IMG/VR virus record: IMGVR_UViG_3300030108_001677
Span: 1-64,000 of that record
Strand: one strand, 5' to 3'
Source of the DNA: a virus
DNA length: 64,000 nucleotides
The position numbers and the translations under genes were made by a program. Under the pieces are notes generated by a model. The model did not search any database, was not told the origin of the DNA, and was given only the letters and a program-made list of their open reading frames with translations. Positions 59,749 to 64,000 of the stretch are shown here, in pieces; position 1 is the first letter of the stretch; the number at the start of each line of letters is the position of its first letter.

Positions 59749-62700
59749 CCGCTTTGGGGAGGCGGGGGTAGTGGAGGCATCATTTCATCTTGCACCGAAT
59801 CATCCATTGGCACTTCAACTTCTTGCTCATCCTTCATTTCTTGTTCAGTCTTTCTTGGTAAGCGAATTGTGGCTCGGTTGCCCTCAACTTCTAACTCTCC
59901 CTCAAGATCTTCACCCCTACCATCTTTGGTGCTGATGCGAATATGTTGTGCCCCGCCTGTTGGTATTGTATCTTCGGGTTGATATGGGTCATAGAAAGGC
60001 GTGGCTTCTTCATCCACCAACTCGGTCGGTCCTGTTGGATTAGTGAACATATCCATCATACCCGACCAACCACCACCAGTAATGCTACCGGTCAATCTTG
60101 CCAATGGTGAGCCTTTGCCACCTTTCTCGGTAACATCATCGTCAATTGCTTCATTGACAGTCCATTTACCATTCTCATCACGCTCAAGTCCGTATTCTGT
60201 GCCAAACTGCTCAACATCTTTTTCAGTTAGTCCTTCGACAGCATTAGTCAATTCGTCAATGGACATAGACTCATCTTTCTCGGCAATAAGCCTCCTTGCC
60301 GCTACCAGTTTTTGCTCAACGGGTTTAGGATCTCCTTCGGCATCTAACAGTGACGCTTTGTATAGTGTTGACTTGACTGTGGTTAGTTTGGGTGGGTATG
60401 GTGTCAATTGTTTTATGTCATACTTCAACAAATGCACACCGATAGCACCCCATACGGGTATTTGTCTTTCAGCGTGCTGTGCTAAAGGACTGGCTGGTTC
60501 AATACTCTCAATGTCAAAACCCTCACCATCCCATTCACCTTTTACTACCAAAGGTGCAGGGTGCCCACTGTATTCTAACACGATGTTTTGGTTACGAATA
60601 GACACTGTTGGGAATGGCGCATACATCTTTTTCATGTCGCCATCCGGTGTGTAACACACCCATTTGTGGTGAGTTTCCTTGCCCTTCATGAATGTTGAAG
60701 TGGCATCACGCAACCACAAATCACCACCCAAAGCATCCATGTTTGAGCGCAAACCACCAGCATCGCTGAATTTACAATCGGCTGGCATAGGGAATGAAAT
60801 GCCTTCATCGGTTTCATACAAGGTGCGGAGTATAGACAACCTATCCTCCAATTTTTCCATGTGTATATCATCGCCTTTATGCACTAACAAATCAATAGCC
60901 CGATAATGCCCATCATTTAGAACACCATCAAATAGGCAATCGCCATCTTGCTTTCTAACTCCCTCTTTTACCTTTAATGGTAGTGATACATTTTTGCCCC
61001 TACCGTTGGTTGCCTTAACATGACCACCTTTCTTTTCGACAAAGACACGCTTGCCTTCGGGTTTCTTTTGCACTACCCAATCACCAGTAAAGCCTTTGAG
61101 ATCTGCAATAGATGAAAAGTCGTATATGGTATGTGCTGGTATTATTGATTGCTCAAATACACCTGTCGGTTTGTAATCATCGGATTTGAATAAGTCACCA
61201 CTTATCATAGAGTTTGCACCCATCATATCCGTAGCCTCAAGCGCAGGTATGCCGTTGACCTTTTCTTTGATTTGGTAATCTTGAAATGTTGGGTGAACCA
61301 TGCCTACATGGCCTTCATGTGCGGTTCTTTGTAATGTTTCAAACGGTTTGTCTTTTACATCAAAGCGTATTGCATTGTTTTTCCTATCCCAATTATATGC
61401 CAATGTCGCTGGCATTTTATGACCCCAAGCATCTTTATCTCCTGTAAGATACACTGGTGGCATTGTAGCCATTGATGTTGGTGAAATAGGTCCGATTGGC
61501 ACATCACGCTGTGCCAAACCTAAGCCCATCACCATAGGTGCAAATGATGTCATGCTGTCGTCACCACCAGCCCTCATCAATTGCATGTTAGCCGCTTTAG
61601 CCAACTGTTGAATGTTTGCTCTTGCTATTGTATTGCCTAAAACATCTTTAGGATCTGTTCCAAATAACAACTCCGGACCGTATTCTTTGCTCAACTGTGC
61701 CGCCATTTGTTGCATCATTCGGCCTAAGTGTGCATCGGTCTTTTCATAATGGTCATTGTGATATGTGTGAAATTCCTCATCACCGGGATGTCGCTCTCTT
61801 GTCGGTCCGATTCTTGGTTGCCCTGCATCTGTATGTGATGCGATTATCCTACCCAAACCATTCGGATTGGTAGCGAAAGCATAAGATGGTATTATCATAC
61901 GCTTACCTGTGCCTTGAATCTCACTTGGGTGATAATGTGCCCCGTTTGATATTGTTGACCACAAAGCCCTTCGCCTGTTGAAACCACGAACATAAGGATG
62001 TTCCGAACCTGCCGCCCACCCTGTTGAAATGGCTGAACGGTGCGGGTGTCCTTTCATCATTTCGTGGTTTGCAGTTTGAGGAAAAAATGATGAGCCACTA
62101 CTATGCCAAGCATCTTCACTGTCATTTAATGGATGATTGCGGTCAGCCAACCAACCAAACAACTCATCACCAAGCCAACCTTTGAATGCGGCAGGGTATG
62201 AATCTCGCATCATTGTTTGGAGGGATTGAGCATCACGACCAACCCCTCCCCAGTATTGGAAAGGCAACCAATAGTGATGAGTCATTGATGGCTCAATCGT
62301 GTTATTGTCACCCATAACATACGGGCTTTTCAAATGAGTCAAACCCGAAGCCGTATCTTCGGGCGATACAGGTCCGTGGCGATCTGATGGGCGTTCCCAC
62401 CAACGGGCTATCGGTAAGAAACGCTCAAACCAATTGCGCTTTGCTCTATCCCACGATACACCCGATGTTGCTTTGAAATCATTTTTTATCTTTCTTGCAT
62501 CGGCACCGTTTGGATTTTCAGTTTGACCCAATTTCTTGAGGGTGTTCATGAATTGCTCACGCTGGTCAATACCTTGCCATTCTAAACCAAACAAGTATGA
62601 CAATAGGCCAAGCCTACCTTGTTTGCCAGCCCACTGCTCTTTCTTTTGCTCAAGATATTCTTCATCGTCAAGATATGAAAAACGGTTCATCCTATCAGCC

Positions 62701-63251
62701 ATATACAAATCATGTAGTGATTCGATTGGCCTACCTACAATATCAGCATACTCTTTGGGTATCTTGCCCAGCCTTTGAGCCTCTTTCATTGATTTGATAA
62801 TTGATTGACCTTCTTCATCTTCCTCAATCAAATGTAAAAGGTGGTCAACAAATGATGGTTCACCATATTCAGCCCCGTGTAGCAAAGGCATTGTTGGCAA
62901 TTCGTATGACATTGGGTGTCGCTTACCAAACCTGTTATCTTCACTTGCTACCGGCCAATCCTGTGCGTATGTGCGTGAGAACCTTCTTTGACCAGCGATA
63001 TAGTCCTCATACCCCTGTGGTAAATTGAGCGTGGTCATTGGTGATGGCTTGTCCATATCAAGCATCGAATACTGTGGTGGTGCTGTCATTGGTAGCATAC
63101 CAAGTATTGCCTGATCTTCTTTCTCTATTTGTGTGCTATCGCCATAGTAATCGTCTAACGCTTTGAGATAGATGTCGTGGTCTATGTCTTGATTTTGAAC
63201 AATTGACAAAAATGTGTCTGTTCTTATCCTTACAAATTCTTCACGGTTCAT
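59745..63251 (-). CDS. 1168-aa head-module protein with an internal ATP-dependent ligase-like nucleotidyltransferase domain
   Basis: WVVQKKPEGKR, LFDGVL, AIDLL...LEDRLSIL, LWLRDATS...KW. Confidence 0.75.
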   Translation of the reverse strand: MNREEFVRIRTDTFLSIVQNQDIDHDIYLKALDDYYGDSTQIEKEDQAILGMLPMTAPPQYSMLDMDKPSPMTTLNLPQGYEDYIAGQRRFSRTYAQDWPVASEDNRFGKRHPMSYELPTMPLLHGAEYGEPSFVDHLLHLIEEDEEGQSIIKSMKEAQRLGKIPKEYADIVGRPIESLHDLYMADRMNRFSYLDDEEYLEQKKEQWAGKQGRLGLLSYLFGLEWQGIDQREQFMNTLKKLGQTENPNGADARKIKNDFKATSGVSWDRAKRNWFERFLPIARWWERPSDRHGPVSPEDTASGLTHLKSPYVMGDNNTIEPSMTHHYWLPFQYWGGVGRDAQSLQTMMRDSYPAAFKGWLGDELFGWLADRNHPLNDSEDAWHSSGSSFFPQTANHEMMKGHPHRSAISTGWAAGSEHPYVRGFNRRRALWSTISNGAHYHPSEIQGTGKRMIIPSYAFATNPNGLGRIIASHTDAGQPRIGPTRERHPGDEEFHTYHNDHYEKTDAHLGRMMQQMAAQLSKEYGPELLFGTDPKDVLGNTIARANIQQLAKAANMQLMRAGGDDSMTSFAPMVMGLGLAQRDVPIGPISPTSMATMPPVYLTGDKDAWGHKMPATLAYNWDRKNNAIRFDVKDKPFETLQRTAHEGHVGMVHPTFQDYQIKEKVNGIPALEATDMMGANSMISGDLFKSDDYKPTGVFEQSIIPAHTIYDFSSIADLKGFTGDWVVQKKPEGKRVFVEKKGGHVKATNGRGKNVSLPLKVKEGVRKQDGDCLFDGVLNDGHYRAIDLLVHKGDDIHMEKLEDRLSILRTLYETDEGISFPMPADCKFSDAGGLRSNMDALGGDLWLRDATSTFMKGKETHHKWVCYTPDGDMKKMYAPFPTVSIRNQNIVLEYSGHPAPLVVKGEWDGEGFDIESIEPASPLAQHAERQIPVWGAIGVHLLKYDIKQLTPYPPKLTTVKSTLYKASLLDAEGDPKPVEQKLVAARRLIAEKDESMSIDELTNAVEGLTEKDVEQFGTEYGLERDENGKWTVNEAIDDDVTEKGGKGSPLARLTGSITGGGWSGMMDMFTNPTGPTELVDEEATPFYDPYQPEDTIPTGGAQHIRISTKDGRGEDLEGELEVEGNRATIRLPRKTEQEMKDEQEVEVPMDDSVQDEMMPPLPPPPQSG

Positions 63252-63265
63252 CTAATCCCCCCTAT

Positions 63266-63982
63266 TTAGAGGCGATTAGCAATTGACTCCATGAGGTTAG
63301 CAATCTCATCAACAAGTCCGGGATTTGTAGCCCCTTTTTTCAATTCCGTTAGCCTTTCTTCGATTGGTGCGATATTCCAATTGCCATCAGCACGGTCGCC
63401 TCCGTCAATCAATTGCATGTGTAAAGATGAGCCTTTAGCATCATAGCCTGTCTTAGCAAACGCTGGCATCTTTGCCTTTTCGCTAATTGCGTTGATATTT
63501 TGTGCGTTTTGTTCGTAGTGTGGTATGCGCCCATTGGTTTGGTAATTAACCGCCCTAATTCCATAGTGGTCAACAAACTGTGGCACACCATTATCGCTGA
63601 TTGACTCTTGCTCATACTTTACTAAGTCAAGCCCAGTCTTTTGTGATATAAAGAGGGAGGTAGCATCGGCTGATGCCTCTTTCATCCAGTCGGGTTTAGG
63701 TGCTAATATGCTTGACCCATCACCTTCTGTGCTGAAATCCGAGCGTTGTCCGAAACCGGGTCGTGGTGTTCGTGTTATTTCTCTCCTTGCATCGCCCGTT
63801 AATGTGTTCTTTGAACCCGGCACTGCTTTACCGGTTCCACGGATTTTGTTTCCGTGTTCATCTTTATCCTCCGAGTCAGTGTAGTGTTGCCGACTCGCCA
63901 TGTTAAACGCTCTCGGATCGACGGTATATGCCCCGCCCATACGGTCGCCTTTGCCACCACCCATCGCTTCGTCTTGACTCAT
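63266..63982 (-). CDS. Hypothetical head-module protein
   Basis: 238-aa ORF in the late operon. Confidence 0.7.
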   Translation of the reverse strand: MSQDEAMGGGKGDRMGGAYTVDPRAFNMASRQHYTDSEDKDEHGNKIRGTGKAVPGSKNTLTGDARREITRTPRPGFGQRSDFSTEGDGSSILAPKPDWMKEASADATSLFISQKTGLDLVKYEQESISDNGVPQFVDHYGIRAVNYQTNGRIPHYEQNAQNINAISEKAKMPAFAKTGYDAKGSSLHMQLIDGGDRADGNWNIAPIEERLTELKKGATNPGLVDEIANLMESIANRL

Positions 63983-64000
63983 TCTTCGGCTGGTTGAATT

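Larger units (their letters stand above)
1..64000. mobile_element. Tailed archaeal virus genome segment (Magrovirus-like, probable MGII Euryarchaeota host)
   Basis: HK97-type capsid, prohead protease and tail module on the - strand; archaeal-type PolB/PCNA/RFC/primase/ERCC4 block on the + strand; GGTGA/GGAGG SD motifs; TATA-like boxes; no host housekeeping genes. Confidence 0.9.

Noticed and set aside
29458-63028. Many + strand ORFs opposite the structural genes (e.g. 60001-60654, 48655-49230, 42503-43066)
   Set aside because: Antisense shadows of long - strand genes with no recognisable motifs

Overview
This window is most of a gene-dense, tailed (Caudoviricetes) archaeal virus genome. Gene content and order resemble Magroviruses of Marine Group II Euryarchaeota (Poseidoniales); that assignment is from recognition, not a search. 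The + strand (1-25.8 kb) has an early region of small coupled ORFs: DUF932-like, SprT-like protease, pyrimidine-dimer glycosylase, PC4-like, TFB-like and several Zn ribbons. An archaeal-type replication block follows: degenerate ligase, RFC, RPA-like, RecA-fold ATPase, PCNA, PolB, Cas4-like, N4C/N6A MTase, fused primase, ERCC4 nuclease and MCM-like ATPase. The convergent - strand (25.8-64 kb) holds the morphogenesis block: a ligase-domain giant protein, prohead protease, HK97-type capsid, neck, tail tube, frameshifted tail chaperones, tape measure, three huge tail proteins and a Dam-like MTase. Main observations: (i) several palindromes (YCWGR, CTAG, CGCG) appear almost absent except where they overlap GATC, a possible methylation shadow; (ii) a W-S-h-h-K-G / h-x-K-[SAG] tag is shared by the Dam-like MTase, a protamine-like protein and head proteins, suggesting protease-processed virion cargo; (iii) both ligase-like proteins look catalytically degenerate; (iv) the 3111-aa tail protein has nested domain insertions; (v) there is a candidate origin and a long intergenic hairpin. 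No tRNA, rRNA or CRISPR array was seen. All motif surveys were by eye.
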